Source of the DNA: Candidatus Dadabacteria bacterium
Lineage (GTDB): Bacteria; Desulfobacterota_D; UBA1144; Nemesobacterales; UBA2774
DNA: 64,000 bases
Assembly: GCA_020849425.1 (NCBI GenBank)
Contig: JADLGH010000080.1
Coordinates: 823 to 64,822, forward strand
Direction of reading: 5' to 3'
The notes under the pieces were generated by a model. It was not told where the DNA came from. It made no database searches and saw only the letters and a program-made list of their open reading frames with translations. The translations under genes and the position numbers were made by a program. Below are positions 8,280 to 18,073 of the stretch, one piece after another (position 1 is the first letter of the stretch; every line of letters starts with the position of its first letter).

Positions 8280-9587
8280 ATGCAGAGTAAGCTCGTATAC
8301 ATAGAAACCTACGGCTGCCAGATGAACGAGTACGACTCGGACAGGATACGGAATGCCGTCGGCGGGATGCCCGTGGATACCCCCGAAGAGGCGGACATCG
8401 TTATCGTGAACACCTGCGCCATAAGGGACAAGGCCGACCAGAAGGCCTTCAGCGGGCTCGGGAAGTATAAGCATCTTAAGGCGAGGAAGCCGGACATGAT
8501 TCTGGGCGTCGCGGGCTGCGTGGCGCAGCTTTACGGGGACAGGCTCCTTCAGAAGATACCGCACCTCGATTTCGTCCTCGGGCCGAGGGCGATACCGAGG
8601 CTCCCCGATCTCATATCGCGTATAGAGCAGGCGAAGGAAAGGCCCGTCGAGACCTCGTACGACGTGGAAGAGCTGTTCGAGGTCGAGCCCTATCACAGGG
8701 AAGGAAAGGTGACGGCCTTCGTGTCGGTGCAGCAGGGCTGCAACAAGAAGTGCTCGTACTGCATCGTGCCTTATGTGAGGGGGGACGAGGTGAACAGGCC
8801 GCTCCCGGAAATACTGCGGGAGGCGGAGAACCTCGTCGGCAAGGGCGTCCGGGAGATCACGTTCGTCGGGCAGACCGTGAATTCGTGGACGGAGAACGGC
8901 CGCAAGTTCGGCGACCTCCTCCGGGCCGCGGCGGACATAGACGGCCTCGAAAGGATAAGGTTCACGACGTCCTATCCGAGGGACATCACGAAGCGGATGA
9001 TAGACGCGATGAAGGACGTGGACAAGGTATGCCGGCACATACACCTCCCCGTGCAGTCGGGCTCGAACAGGGTCCTCGCGCTCATGAAGAGAACCTATAC
9101 CAGGGAATGGTTTTCGGATACTGTGAAGCGCCTTAAGGACGCCGTGCCGGACCTCGCGATATCGACGGATATTATCGTGGGATACCCCGGGGAGACCGAC
9201 CGCGACTTCGAGGACACGATGGACCTCATGAGGGAGGTGGAATTCGAGAGCTCGTTCTCGTTCAAGTTCTCACCGCGCCCCGGAACCCCGGCCGCCGGGC
9301 TGCCGAAAGAAGAGACGGTGCCCGACGAAACGGCGGGGGCGAGGCTCATGGAGCTCCAGGCCTTTCAGAAGGAAGTCACTCTCAGAAAGAACGTGGAAAG
9401 GGTGGGAAAGACGGAGGAGGTTCTCGTCGAGGGGCCGAGCAAACACGGCCCCGAATCCGTCAGCGGGAGGACGAGTCACAACAGGATCGCCAACTTCAAG
9501 GGCCCCGCGTCTCTCGTCGGAAGCGTCGTCCGGGTGAGGGTAAGCGAGGGGCTTTCCAATTCCATTCGGGGGGAACTATCGGTATAA
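8280..9587 (+). CDS. miaB: tRNA (N6-isopentenyl adenosine(37)-C2)-methylthiotransferase MiaB
   Basis: N-terminal UPF0004 pattern (VYIETYGCQMNEYDS), radical-SAM CNKKCSYCIVP, and a C-terminal TRAM-like domain. Confidence 0.95.
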   Translation: MQSKLVYIETYGCQMNEYDSDRIRNAVGGMPVDTPEEADIVIVNTCAIRDKADQKAFSGLGKYKHLKARKPDMILGVAGCVAQLYGDRLLQKIPHLDFVLGPRAIPRLPDLISRIEQAKERPVETSYDVEELFEVEPYHREGKVTAFVSVQQGCNKKCSYCIVPYVRGDEVNRPLPEILREAENLVGKGVREITFVGQTVNSWTENGRKFGDLLRAAADIDGLERIRFTTSYPRDITKRMIDAMKDVDKVCRHIHLPVQSGSNRVLALMKRTYTREWFSDTVKRLKDAVPDLAISTDIIVGYPGETDRDFEDTMDLMREVEFESSFSFKFSPRPGTPAAGLPKEETVPDETAGARLMELQAFQKEVTLRKNVERVGKTEEVLVEGPSKHGPESVSGRTSHNRIANFKGPASLVGSVVRVRVSEGLSNSIRGELSV

Positions 9588-9606
9588 TTTATAAAGGAGG
9601 CGCCGA

Positions 9607-10083
9607 ATGTTTCTTCAGATGAGAGTGTCCGGAATAGCCCTGGACCCCTTTACGAACACCCCGATAGTCATCCTGAAAGACGCCGGGAACGAAAAGACGC
9701 TCCCGATATGGGTAGGCTTCATGGAGGCAAGCTCCATAGCGATGGAGCTCGAGAAGACTCCGCGCGTACGGCCGATAACCCACGATCTTATAAAGAATCT
9801 TTTAGAGAAGCTGAGGTTCGTAGTAACAAAGATCGAGGTGACGGACCTGAGAGACGACACGTTCTACGCCAGGATTTACTTAAAGAGGGACAGCGAAGAG
9901 TATTCGCTCGATTCGCGTCCGAGCGACGCGATAGCCGTGGCGCTGAGAACCGACTCGCCCATTTTCGTTAACGAGGAAGTCCTGGAGAAGTCGAAGAAGA
10001 TCGAGATAGACGAGGACAAGGAAAAGCTGTCCGAGCTCTTGGATAAGATCCCCGAAGGAGACTTCGGAAAGTACAAGATGTAA
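9607..10083 (+). CDS. Bifunctional nuclease (BFN/DUF151) family protein
   Basis: 158 aa. Motifs PIVILKD..LPIWVG..EA..IA, RPITHDL, TFYARIYL and RPSDAIAVALR match the family pattern. Confidence 0.85.
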   Translation: MFLQMRVSGIALDPFTNTPIVILKDAGNEKTLPIWVGFMEASSIAMELEKTPRVRPITHDLIKNLLEKLRFVVTKIEVTDLRDDTFYARIYLKRDSEEYSLDSRPSDAIAVALRTDSPIFVNEEVLEKSKKIEIDEDKEKLSELLDKIPEGDFGKYKM

Positions 10084-10119
10084 TCCGGATTTTCCCGCCG
10101 TTTTCCAAAGCCCCCGACT

Positions 10120-11541
10120 TCAAAGCTCCCCGGCTTCGTCTACCATGGAATCGACCTCGCCTTCGCTGTCGTCGTCGAGCTCGTGCTTTGCGAGCCTGTA
10201 CCGAAGGGAGCGGAGCGTGATTCCGAGGAGCCTCGCGGCCTCGGTCTTGTTGCCGTTCGTCGTCCTTAGCGCCTTTTCGATCATTTTCCTTTCTACGTCG
10301 CTGAGAAGCGTGTCGAGGCTGGAATTGGACGAAAAGCTCGTATCGAGGTCGAGGTAATCCTTCCCCGTGACGAGCTGCGGGAGGGTTTCCTGCCTGATGA
10401 CGTTGGACGATTCGAGCGCAACGCAGCGGGCGATGATGTTTTCGAGCTCGCGCACGTTGCCCGGATAGTGATAGTTTTCGAGGACTTCGAGAGCCTTGGG
10501 CGATATGCCCCGTATGTCCTTTCCCATTTCGAGGGAGTACTTGTTTATGAAGTGTATGGCGAGCGGGGAGACGTCTATCCGCCTTTCCCTGAGCCCAGGG
10601 AGGATTATCTTGATGACGTTGAGGCGGTAGAAGAGGTCTTCCCTGAATCTGCCTGCGCTGACCTCTTCTTCGAGTTTCTTGTTGGTGGCCGCTATTACCC
10701 TGACGTCCACGGTGACGGTGTCGGTGCCGCCGAGCGGCCTTACCTTCTTGTCTTCGAGGACGCGAAGCAGCTTTACCTGGAGGTGAAGCGGCAGGTCGCC
10801 GATCTCGTCGAGAAATATCGTCCCCGTATGGGCTTCTTCGAACAATCCTCTTTTATCCTTGAGCGCGCCGGTGAAAGCCCCTTTTTTGTATCCGAAGAGC
10901 TCGCTCTCCATGAGCGATTCGGGGATGGCCCCGCAGTTTACGGGGACGAAGGGCCTGTCGCGCCGGGACCCGCTGTAGTGGACCGCCCGCGCCACGAGCT
11001 CCTTGCCGGTACCGCTTTCGCCCGTGATGAGGACGCTGACGTTGAGCTCGGCGACCCTTTTTATGAGCTCGAAGACCTTTACTATAGCCGGGCTCCTGCC
11101 GATTATGTTGCCGAAGCCGTACTGGGTTTCGAGCTCTTTACGTAGCCGCGTGTTCTCGCGCTCGAGCTTCTTCTTGTCGAGGGCCTTTTTTATTACGAGC
11201 TTTATCTCGTCTATCTTGAAAGGCTTGGTGATGTAGTCGTACGCGCCGAGCTTCATGGCCTCGATCGCGGTTTCGTGGGAAGCGTAGGCGGTGACCATGA
11301 TGACCGTCGTGTCGGGGCTCTTTTCGCTGACCTTCTTGAAGACCTCGATGCCGTTCAGTATGGGCATCTGGATGTCCACTATGGCCAGGTCGAAAAGGCT
11401 CTGCTCTATTTTGTCTATCGCCTCCGGACCGTCGGCCGCCGTATCGACGTTGTAGCCGTCCTTTTGCAGCATGATTTCGAGGAATTCGCGCATTCCCGGC
11501 TCGTCGTCTACGACCAGGATACGGCTTTCATTCTCCGACAT
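10120..11541 (-). CDS. pilR: Sigma-54-dependent response regulator, PilR-like (NtrC family)
   Basis: Receiver domain ([18 protein letters not shown]), AAA+ sigma-54 activator core (GESGTGKE; [15 protein letters not shown]) and a C-terminal Fis-type HTH ([20 protein letters not shown]). The PilR name rests on position after pilS/pilC. Confidence 0.85.
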   Translation of the reverse strand: MSENESRILVVDDEPGMREFLEIMLQKDGYNVDTAADGPEAIDKIEQSLFDLAIVDIQMPILNGIEVFKKVSEKSPDTTVIMVTAYASHETAIEAMKLGAYDYITKPFKIDEIKLVIKKALDKKKLERENTRLRKELETQYGFGNIIGRSPAIVKVFELIKRVAELNVSVLITGESGTGKELVARAVHYSGSRRDRPFVPVNCGAIPESLMESELFGYKKGAFTGALKDKRGLFEEAHTGTIFLDEIGDLPLHLQVKLLRVLEDKKVRPLGGTDTVTVDVRVIAATNKKLEEEVSAGRFREDLFYRLNVIKIILPGLRERRIDVSPLAIHFINKYSLEMGKDIRGISPKALEVLENYHYPGNVRELENIIARCVALESSNVIRQETLPQLVTGKDYLDLDTSFSSNSSLDTLLSDVERKMIEKALRTTNGNKTEAARLLGITLRSLRYRLAKHELDDDSEGEVDSMVDEAGEL

Positions 11542-11560
11542 CTAGAACCTCCGGTTCGGG

Positions 11561-13201
11561 TCAATGGATAACATCTGAAGGCGCCTCTTCAAATCGGGGC
11601 AAAGTTATAACAAAAGTAGCCCCTTTTCCCCGGGAGCTTACCACGTTTATCTTTCCATTATAACCTTCTATAACCTTTTGTACAATTGCAAGACCGAGCC
11701 CCGTGCCGACTTCTTTCGTGGTGAAAAACGGATCGAATATCCTGGATATGAGGCGCTCGTCTATGCCCTTCCCTTCGTCGGTGATTTCTATCGTGACGCT
11801 CCCGTCCTCGACGCTCGATTCGATGGCTATCGAGCCGCCGACGGGCATGGCGTCGACGGAGTTCGTAAGCAGGTTCCAGAGCGCCTGCTTGAGCTTGTAG
11901 GAGTCGGCCTGGACGTAAATGCCCGTCTGGACCTCGTTTATTATTTCGATATTGCTCCGCCTTATGGTCTTGACGAAAGACTCCGCCGTATCGGCGACTA
12001 TGAGGCCGAGATCGACGGACGTCGTGAGCCTCTGGATGGGCATCGTGAGTATGAGGAAGTCCTCGACGAGGAGGTTGAGCCTCTCGACCTCCTGCGTGGC
12101 CATCCTGGAAAGGCGGAGATTCTCTTCAGTCGGTTTTACCTCGGCGCTAAGTATCTCGACGGCGCCGCTGATGGCCGAGAGGGGGTTACGGAGCTCGTGG
12201 GCGAGGCCCGCGGCGAGCTGGCCGAGGAGGGCCATTTTTTCGGACGTTCTGAGCCTGTCTTCGAGCTCCTTTACCTCGGTAAGGTCCTGGAAGATTATGA
12301 TGTATCCCTGTGTCGTGCCCTCGGGGTCCTTGAGGCCAGACGACGAGAACCCGAGAGTGAGCTTTCCGCCGCCCGGAGTCGTGTAGAGCATTTGCTCCCT
12401 TTTCCTTGCAACGAGGTCTTCGAAGTAGAGGCCGGACATGTAATCGCCGAGGTGCTTTCCGTAAATTTCGCTCTCGCTGCCTATGCCGAGTATCTCGAGC
12501 CCCGTTTTATTGACCGAGATTATCTTGCCCTGGAGGTCGAGCGTGATGACGCCGCTCGTCAGGCTCTGGAGGATGTATTCGTGAAGGTTACGGAGCATCT
12601 CGAGGCTGCGCGCGCTTTCGCCGAGCTCCTTTCCGGCGGCGCTGAACCGCTCGGACAGGTAGCCGGCAAGTATGGCTATCAGGAGAAAGCCCGTGAGGTG
12701 AAAGTAGGTCGAGACGAGACCGACGTCCCCCCACATGGAGATGGAATCCCGGAGCGTGTGCCCGGCCCCGGGAGGCATCTCGAGACGCATTCTCGTGAAG
12801 ACTATGAGTATGTATATGATCCCGGACACAAGCGCCGTGATGTAGCTGGCCGTCTTGTTAAGGATTATGCTCGTATAGATTATTATGAGGACGTAAAGGA
12901 ATATGAAGGGGCTCGTCCTGCCCCCCGTCATGTAAACCACGACGGACGCAAGGGCCATGTCGAACACTATCTGCGTTATCTTGAATACCGCCTGGTACCG
13001 GTAGAAGAGGGGCTGGAGGAGAAGGTAAACGAGGCTCAGAAAATATATGGCGGCCACCACGACGGCGAGATAGAACGCCTCCGTTCTCGCCCCCTTGCCG
13101 TAATAAATCGCCGCCCCCGAGCCGAGGAGTATCGTGGTCACTATGACCCGCAAGACTACAGCGCTTTTAAGCCCGGCCTCCGGGCCCCCGAGAAATCTCA
13201 T
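11561..13201 (-). CDS. pilS: Sensor histidine kinase, PilS-like
   Basis: Six N-terminal hydrophobic helices, a PAS-like segment, H-box LAAGLAHELRNPL and an HATPase region (DEGKGI..GTGLGLAIV). It sits immediately upstream of pilR. Confidence 0.8.
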   Translation of the reverse strand: MRFLGGPEAGLKSAVVLRVIVTTILLGSGAAIYYGKGARTEAFYLAVVVAAIYFLSLVYLLLQPLFYRYQAVFKITQIVFDMALASVVVYMTGGRTSPFIFLYVLIIIYTSIILNKTASYITALVSGIIYILIVFTRMRLEMPPGAGHTLRDSISMWGDVGLVSTYFHLTGFLLIAILAGYLSERFSAAGKELGESARSLEMLRNLHEYILQSLTSGVITLDLQGKIISVNKTGLEILGIGSESEIYGKHLGDYMSGLYFEDLVARKREQMLYTTPGGGKLTLGFSSSGLKDPEGTTQGYIIIFQDLTEVKELEDRLRTSEKMALLGQLAAGLAHELRNPLSAISGAVEILSAEVKPTEENLRLSRMATQEVERLNLLVEDFLILTMPIQRLTTSVDLGLIVADTAESFVKTIRRSNIEIINEVQTGIYVQADSYKLKQALWNLLTNSVDAMPVGGSIAIESSVEDGSVTIEITDEGKGIDERLISRIFDPFFTTKEVGTGLGLAIVQKVIEGYNGKINVVSSRGKGATFVITLPRFEEAPSDVIH

Positions 13202-13311
13202 CTTTACCCCTTCACCCGTACTCCCGTCCGCCGGAAACTAAAAAGCGGCACACGGTTTCTGTTAACTGCATACATTCGATTATGAACCGTCCTGTATGGA
13301 AATCGGCGCGC

Positions 13312-14526
13312 TCATCCCGCCATCGCCGATATGAGCTTGAACATCGGCAGGTACATGGAAACGACTATGACGCCGACAGTGGCGCCGAGGAAAGTTATCA
13401 TGAGGGGCTCGAGCGCCGAAAGCAGGGACGCGACGGCGATATCAACCTCCTCCTCGTAGAAATCGGCGATTTTGTTAAGCATGTCTTCGAGGGCGCCCGT
13501 CTGCTCGCCGACCGAAATCATCTGGACCACCATGGGCGGGAAGAGCTTCGGCCTGGACATGAGCGGCTCGGCCAGGGTCTGGCCCTCGCTGACGGCCTTC
13601 CTGGCGTCCATTATGGCCTCTTCGGTGATGATGTTCCCCGAGGCCCTGGCGGTTATCTCCAGCCCGTCGAGTATCGCGATACCGCCCGCCGTGAGCGTTG
13701 CGAGCGTGCGGCAGAACCGGGAGATTATGGTTTTAAGCATGAGCGGCCCCACGAGCCAGAGCTTTAGGAGAAAGGCGTCGAATATCCTCCGCATCCTGTA
13801 GGACCTGCTGTACAGGAATCCCGTGAGAAAAAATACGGCCGCTACCGCGATCAGTATGAAGAGTATGTTGTGCCTTATGAAAAAGCTGAGATCGACCACC
13901 GCCTGCGTCAGGGCGGGGAGGGACGTCCCCATGTCCTTGAACATTTCCGCGAAAACGGGGACCACGAATATTATGACGATGGCGAGAACGAGTATGGCGA
14001 CGCCTATGACGATGGAGGGGTATATCATCGCGCCCTTTATCTTCCGCTTGATGGAATCCATCTTTTCGAGATAGGTGGCGAGCCTCTGGAGGATGACGTC
14101 GAGAACGCCGCCCGTCTCGCCCGCCCTTATTAGCTGCGTGTAGAGGTTGCTGAATACCTTGGGATGCTTCCCCAGGGCCTCGGCGAAAGTGGAGCCGCCC
14201 TCGACGTCTTCCTTTACCCTCGTGACTATGTCCCTGAATTTCCTATTCGGGTTTTGCGAAGCGATGATGTCGAGGCCGCGGACGAGCGGAAGGCCGGCGT
14301 CTATCATGGTCGAGAGCTGGCGCGTGAAAACGACGAGGTCCCTCGTCGATACGCCGCCCAGGGCGAACGATATATCGAACAGCTTCCCCTTTTCCTTTAT
14401 GCGGTTAGGGATGGGCTGAATCTGCATCTGGCGGAGACGCGCCAGAACGGCGGACTTGCTGGGGGCCTGCATTTCGCCCTTCTTGAGGACGCCCGCCGCC
14501 CTTCCCTGCCAGACGAATACCGGCAT
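13312..14526 (-). CDS. pilC: Type IV pilus assembly platform protein PilC (GspF family)
   Basis: 404 aa. Duplicated T2SS-F architecture with three TM segments and a PilC-type N-terminus. Confidence 0.9.
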   Translation of the reverse strand: MPVFVWQGRAAGVLKKGEMQAPSKSAVLARLRQMQIQPIPNRIKEKGKLFDISFALGGVSTRDLVVFTRQLSTMIDAGLPLVRGLDIIASQNPNRKFRDIVTRVKEDVEGGSTFAEALGKHPKVFSNLYTQLIRAGETGGVLDVILQRLATYLEKMDSIKRKIKGAMIYPSIVIGVAILVLAIVIIFVVPVFAEMFKDMGTSLPALTQAVVDLSFFIRHNILFILIAVAAVFFLTGFLYSRSYRMRRIFDAFLLKLWLVGPLMLKTIISRFCRTLATLTAGGIAILDGLEITARASGNIITEEAIMDARKAVSEGQTLAEPLMSRPKLFPPMVVQMISVGEQTGALEDMLNKIADFYEEEVDIAVASLLSALEPLMITFLGATVGVIVVSMYLPMFKLISAMAG

Positions 14527-14599
14527 CAGCGCACCCTCCCCGGTCGTTTCGGAAAATCAGGGCCTGAATTCACGATGGAGGAACGGGGCATGGTATTGT

Positions 14600-15700
14600 T
14601 CACCTCGCGGCCCTTTCCTTGCCCCCTTCGCCGGAGGAGCGCTCGGAGATCATGCGTTTTATCTCGTCCGGCTCCTGGGATTTGGAGATGGCGTCTTCGA
14701 GGGTTATGAGCCTTCTCATGTAGAGGTCCGTGAGCGACTGGTTCAAGGTCTGCATCTTCCATTTTTCCTGGCCTATCTGCTGCTGGGAGTAGATCTGGTG
14801 AACCTTGTCCTCGCGTATGAGGTTACGTATGGCCGGGTTGGGAACCAGGACCTCGACCGCGAGCACCCTGCCGCCGCCTATTTTTGGAATGAGGGTCTGG
14901 CAGAGTATCCCCTCCAGAACGAAGGAGAGCTGCGCCCTCACCTGGGACTGCTCGTGCGGCGGGAATACGTCGATGACCCTGTTAATCGTCTGGACAGCCG
15001 TGTTCGTATGAAGCGTGGCGAGCGTGAGGTGGCCGGTTTCGGAGAGCGTGAGCGCTATTTTTATGGTTTCGAGGTCGCGGAGCTCGCCGATGAGAACGAC
15101 GTCCGGGTCTTCGCGTAGGACGCTCTTCAGGGCGTTCGCAAAGCTCTTCGTGTCGCTCCCGACTTCGCGCTGGTTCACTATGCAGTTCTTGTGGTCGAAT
15201 ATGTATTCTATAGGGTCTTCTATGGTTACTATGTGTTCGTGGCGCTCTTTATTGACCTGGTCGACGACGCTTGCGAGCGTGGTCGTCTTGCCCGAGCCCG
15301 TGGGGCCGGTTACGAGTATGAGGCCACGCGGCTTCCTGGCGAGCTCGGCGAGAACGGGCGGAAGGCCAAGGTCCTGGTAGCTCTTTAAGACGAAGGGGAG
15401 GAGCCTGAACGCCCCGGCGACCGCGCCCTTTTGTGTGAAGATGTTGCCGCGGAAACGCCCGAGGTTTTCGAGGCCGAAGGAGAAGTCGAGCTCCCAGTTC
15501 TCCTCGAACCTGTGCTTCTGCATGTCGGTGAGGACGCTGTAGCAGATGTCTTTCGTTTCAGTCGGCGTGAGCGGAGGGTGCTTTACGGGCACGAGCTTGC
15601 CGTCGATTCGCAGCATCGGCGGGACGCCCGCCGTTATGTGAAGGTCGGACGCTCCGTTCTCGACAACGAGTTTCAAGAGTTTATCTATCGCGAGTCCCAT
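14600..15700 (-). CDS. pilT: Type IV pilus retraction ATPase PilT
   Basis: N-terminus ASDLHITAG.PP..RIDG, Walker A GPTGSGKTT, and the PilT signature AIRNLIREDK. Confidence 0.9.
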   Translation of the reverse strand: MGLAIDKLLKLVVENGASDLHITAGVPPMLRIDGKLVPVKHPPLTPTETKDICYSVLTDMQKHRFEENWELDFSFGLENLGRFRGNIFTQKGAVAGAFRLLPFVLKSYQDLGLPPVLAELARKPRGLILVTGPTGSGKTTTLASVVDQVNKERHEHIVTIEDPIEYIFDHKNCIVNQREVGSDTKSFANALKSVLREDPDVVLIGELRDLETIKIALTLSETGHLTLATLHTNTAVQTINRVIDVFPPHEQSQVRAQLSFVLEGILCQTLIPKIGGGRVLAVEVLVPNPAIRNLIREDKVHQIYSQQQIGQEKWKMQTLNQSLTDLYMRRLITLEDAISKSQEPDEIKRMISERSSGEGGKERAAR

Positions 15701-15715
15701 TTATATGTTCTCCGA

Positions 15716-17470
15716 TCAGTCATCGGCGGCCGTGTTCCTGACGACCTCTTCGATTGTGGTTATGCCCTGTTTCAGCTTTACGAGTGCGCTTTGTCTCAGG
15801 GTCATCATCCCCTGCCTTATGGCTTCGCGCTTTATTTCGAGGGCCGAGGCGCCGCTAAGTATGAATTCCTTGAGCTCCTCGTTTATCTCCATTACCTCGA
15901 ACACCGCGAGGCGGCCCTTGTATCCCGTGCCGGAGCATGTCTTGCACCCCTCTCCCGTACCCTTGTAGACGACGAAATCGGAGACGTCTTTCGGGGGGAC
16001 GCCGAGGTCGATGAGCACCTGCGGAGGGACGTCTACCTGCCGCTTGCACGACGTGCACGCCACCCTGACGAGTCTCTGTGCGACGATGGAGTTGAGCGAC
16101 GCCGTTACGAGGAACGGCTCGACGCCCATGTTGAGGAGCCTCGTTATCGTGGACGGCGCGTCGTTCGTATGGAGCGTCGAGAGGACGAGGTGCCCGGTGA
16201 GGGCCGATTTTATGGCTATCTCGGCCGTTTCGTAGTCCCTGATTTCGCCGACGAGTATGATGTCGGGGTCCTGTCTCAGGAACGACCTTAGGCAGGAGGC
16301 GAACGTGAGCCCTATTTCTTCGTGCACCTGGACCTGGTTTACGCCCGGGAGGCTGTACTCGACCGGGTCTTCGGCCGTGGAGATGTTGACGTCCGTACGG
16401 TTAAGGTCCATGAGAGAGGAATAGAGCGTGGTCGTTTTACCGCTCCCCGTGGGGCCGGTTATCAGCACCATGCCGTACGGCTGGTATATGGATTTTTTGA
16501 ATACTTCGAGCTGCTGGTCGTAGAACCCGAGCTTCGTGAGGTCGAGCTTCAGGGATTCCTTGTCGAGAATCCTCATGACCACCTTTTCGCCGAATAGCGT
16601 CGGGACGACGGAGACCCTGTATTCCATCGTCCTCACCTGTCCGAGCTTTACCTTGATTCGGCCGTCCTGGGGGAGCCTTCTTTCGGCGATGTCGAGGTTG
16701 GACATGACCTTTATTCTGGATGTGACCGCGTTCTTGAGCTTTAGCGGCGGGCGCATGATGTCGTAGAGGACGCCGTCTATCCTGTATCTTACGCGGAGCT
16801 CCTTTTCGTAGGGCTCTATGTGTATGTCGCTCGCGCCCTTTCTTATGGAATCCATGAGAAGGTGGTTTACGAGCTTTATGACCGGGGCTTCCTCGGAAGC
16901 CTTTTCGAGGTCGTTGATGTTGATGTTTTCCTCGCCGCTTATCTCGATGAGAAAATCGTCGAGGTCGCCGAGGAGCCTGTCGACCGCAGCCGTGCTCTCG
17001 CGGGCCTTTTGCGCGTCCTCCCATTCCTGCTGGGAGCCGTAGAACCTTTCGATAGCGTTACGTATGGACCTTTCGGACGTGACCACGACCTCGATGTTGT
17101 TCCCGGTGGCGAATTTGAGGTCGTCTACGGCGAAGATGTTGGACGGATCGGACATGGCGACGACGAGAGTCGAGCCCGATTTGCTTATAGGGATGAGCTT
17201 GTGCTTTATCGCCGTTTCCCTGGTGACCGATTTAAGTATGTCGTGGGATATTTCGAACTGGTCGAGATTGATCGCGGGAACGCCGTACTGCTTGCTGAGG
17301 TAGGCGACGAGCTGGTGCTCGTCTATGTAGCCGAGATTGAGGAGGGTTTCGCCCAGCCTCTTGCCCGTTTCCCTCTGTTCCTGTATGGCCGTTTTCAGCT
17401 GATCGAGGTTGATGACGTCTTCCTTGATCAGTATATCGCCCATCTGTGCGCTTACTCGTTGTTCCTTCAT
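15716..17470 (-). CDS. pilB: Type IV pilus assembly ATPase PilB (GspE family)
   Basis: 584 aa. N-terminal GSPII-type domain, Walker A GPTGSGKTT, and a tetracysteine motif (CTSC..CKTCSGTGYKGR). Confidence 0.9.
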   Translation of the reverse strand: MKEQRVSAQMGDILIKEDVINLDQLKTAIQEQRETGKRLGETLLNLGYIDEHQLVAYLSKQYGVPAINLDQFEISHDILKSVTRETAIKHKLIPISKSGSTLVVAMSDPSNIFAVDDLKFATGNNIEVVVTSERSIRNAIERFYGSQQEWEDAQKARESTAAVDRLLGDLDDFLIEISGEENININDLEKASEEAPVIKLVNHLLMDSIRKGASDIHIEPYEKELRVRYRIDGVLYDIMRPPLKLKNAVTSRIKVMSNLDIAERRLPQDGRIKVKLGQVRTMEYRVSVVPTLFGEKVVMRILDKESLKLDLTKLGFYDQQLEVFKKSIYQPYGMVLITGPTGSGKTTTLYSSLMDLNRTDVNISTAEDPVEYSLPGVNQVQVHEEIGLTFASCLRSFLRQDPDIILVGEIRDYETAEIAIKSALTGHLVLSTLHTNDAPSTITRLLNMGVEPFLVTASLNSIVAQRLVRVACTSCKRQVDVPPQVLIDLGVPPKDVSDFVVYKGTGEGCKTCSGTGYKGRLAVFEVMEINEELKEFILSGASALEIKREAIRQGMMTLRQSALVKLKQGITTIEEVVRNTAADD

Positions 17471-17800
17471 AGGTTTATCGTCTAATCCTTTGCCTAGTAT
17501 TCAGGCCCCTGAGCCGGAAACCCCCGCGCCTTCACGCCCGGTCCGGCGCGAGTCAGCCCGACCGCAAAAATCGACCAGCGGGGACGGGAAAAGGGCGCCG
17601 GGAAAAACTATGGGCGCGAACCGGGCAGACCGGCTCCCGAATCTACCGGGGAAAGTGCGAAATATCACGCCTTATTTTATATTTCCCTGTGTATCCCTTT
17701 GTAAACGGTGACCCCTGTTTCACCCATCCCATGACATTGTATACTGTTTATACATTTTAATGTCAATCCATACCGGCCGCGCAATATATCATGATATTTT

Positions 17801-17816
17801 AGCAAATTATATGCCA
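17801..17816 (-). promoter_or_regulatory. Sigma-54 (-24/-12) type promoter upstream of the pilB operon
   Basis: The minus strand reads TGGCATATAATTTGCT, i.e. TGGCAT-N5-TTGCT with correct GG/GC spacing. It lies ~330 nt upstream of the pilB ATG (17470). Confidence 0.5.
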
Positions 17817-17911
17817 AAGTTTGCCGTTCCGCTTTAACAAATATAAGTTTCTATAATAACAATAGATTATAGCATCACCGCCCGGGGATTGGCTTCGGAC
17901 CTCTTTTCAAA

Positions 17912-17948
17912 ATGACAAATATTGAAAAATTTGTACTCAAATTGTCAT
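17912..17948. promoter_or_regulatory. Inverted repeat ATGACAA-N23-TTGTCAT, candidate enhancer (UAS) for the sigma-54 promoter
   Basis: Arms at 17912-17918 and 17942-17948, centred ~115 bp upstream of the -24 element. That is the usual distance for bacterial enhancer-binding proteins. The arms contain the TGTC core I recall for PilR sites. Confidence 0.35.
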
Positions 17949-18073
17949 AGACCCTTCATATGAATCAATGAATATTGCGCTTTTGGGAAGGTGCGAGGAC
18001 AAATTTTAAACCCGCGCTTTCCATGTGACGTGGTCTGTAATGGAATCGATCCGGGTCAGGTAGAATAAACGCC

